Of a stretch of DNA of 64,000 nucleotides, positions 63,803-64,000 are shown piece by piece; position 1 is the first letter of the stretch; each line of letters begins with the position of its first letter. The stretch covers positions 1,344,001 through 1,408,000 of the forward strand of contig OZ245003.1 in the NCBI GenBank assembly GCA_965223425.1, written 5' to 3'. The DNA is from Nitrosopumilus sp. GTDB taxonomy: Archaea; Thermoproteota; Nitrososphaeria; Nitrososphaerales; Nitrosopumilaceae. The notes under the pieces are model-generated. The model did no database searches and was not told the DNA's origin. It was given only the letters and a program-made list of their open reading frames with translations. The translations under genes were made by a program, and so were the position numbers.

Positions 63803-64000
63803 AGAAAGATATTCTCTTCATGTTATTTGTATGTGTTCACAACGGGGTTCTCCCATACGAAATCGTCTCTTATCCTACTGCGGGCCATTCTCAGTGTGCT
63901 TTGCTGAATCAGGATGTTTCGGATTTGTTTTGCATCTTCCTATACTTTCTTTGCGTCAACTCATGATTCTGTGTACGGTATTCTTCCATGTTTGTTAGCA

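Overview
AT-rich archaeal DNA whose core genes (purC, PPOX F420 enzyme, DUF2299-like and AIM24-family proteins, TBP) resemble Nitrososphaerota (Thaumarchaeota, Nitrosopumilus-like). The heavy IS load and large Ig-repeat surface protein suggest a host-associated lineage (inference). Most of the window is a defence and mobile island. It holds a type I-B CRISPR-Cas locus (74 copies of a 36-bp repeat; cas4-cas2-cas1 divergent from cas8b-cas7-cas5-cas3-cas6), a relic cas1-cas2 pair, many IS elements (IS5-like, ISH3, IS630, IS66, one MITE), two toxin-antitoxin pairs with broken toxins, and a tyrosine recombinase, extra TBP and type I R-M block. Three signals stand out. (1) A hidden crRNA-like unit after cas6 (degenerate repeat, spacer, probable second degenerate repeat, split by an IS) matches a TTA-PAM-flanked site upstream of a small unknown operon, with mismatches only at positions 6 and 12 of the first 19 nt: a candidate CreA/CreR-type Cascade-repressed module. 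(2) Two inverted hsdS genes flank hsdM-hsdR and carry paired palindromic 8-6-8 sites with class-specific spacers: a candidate archaeal phase-variable R-M shufflon. (3) Two IS630-family elements appear to have duplicated CA rather than TA. All family assignments come from motif recognition by eye, not database searches.
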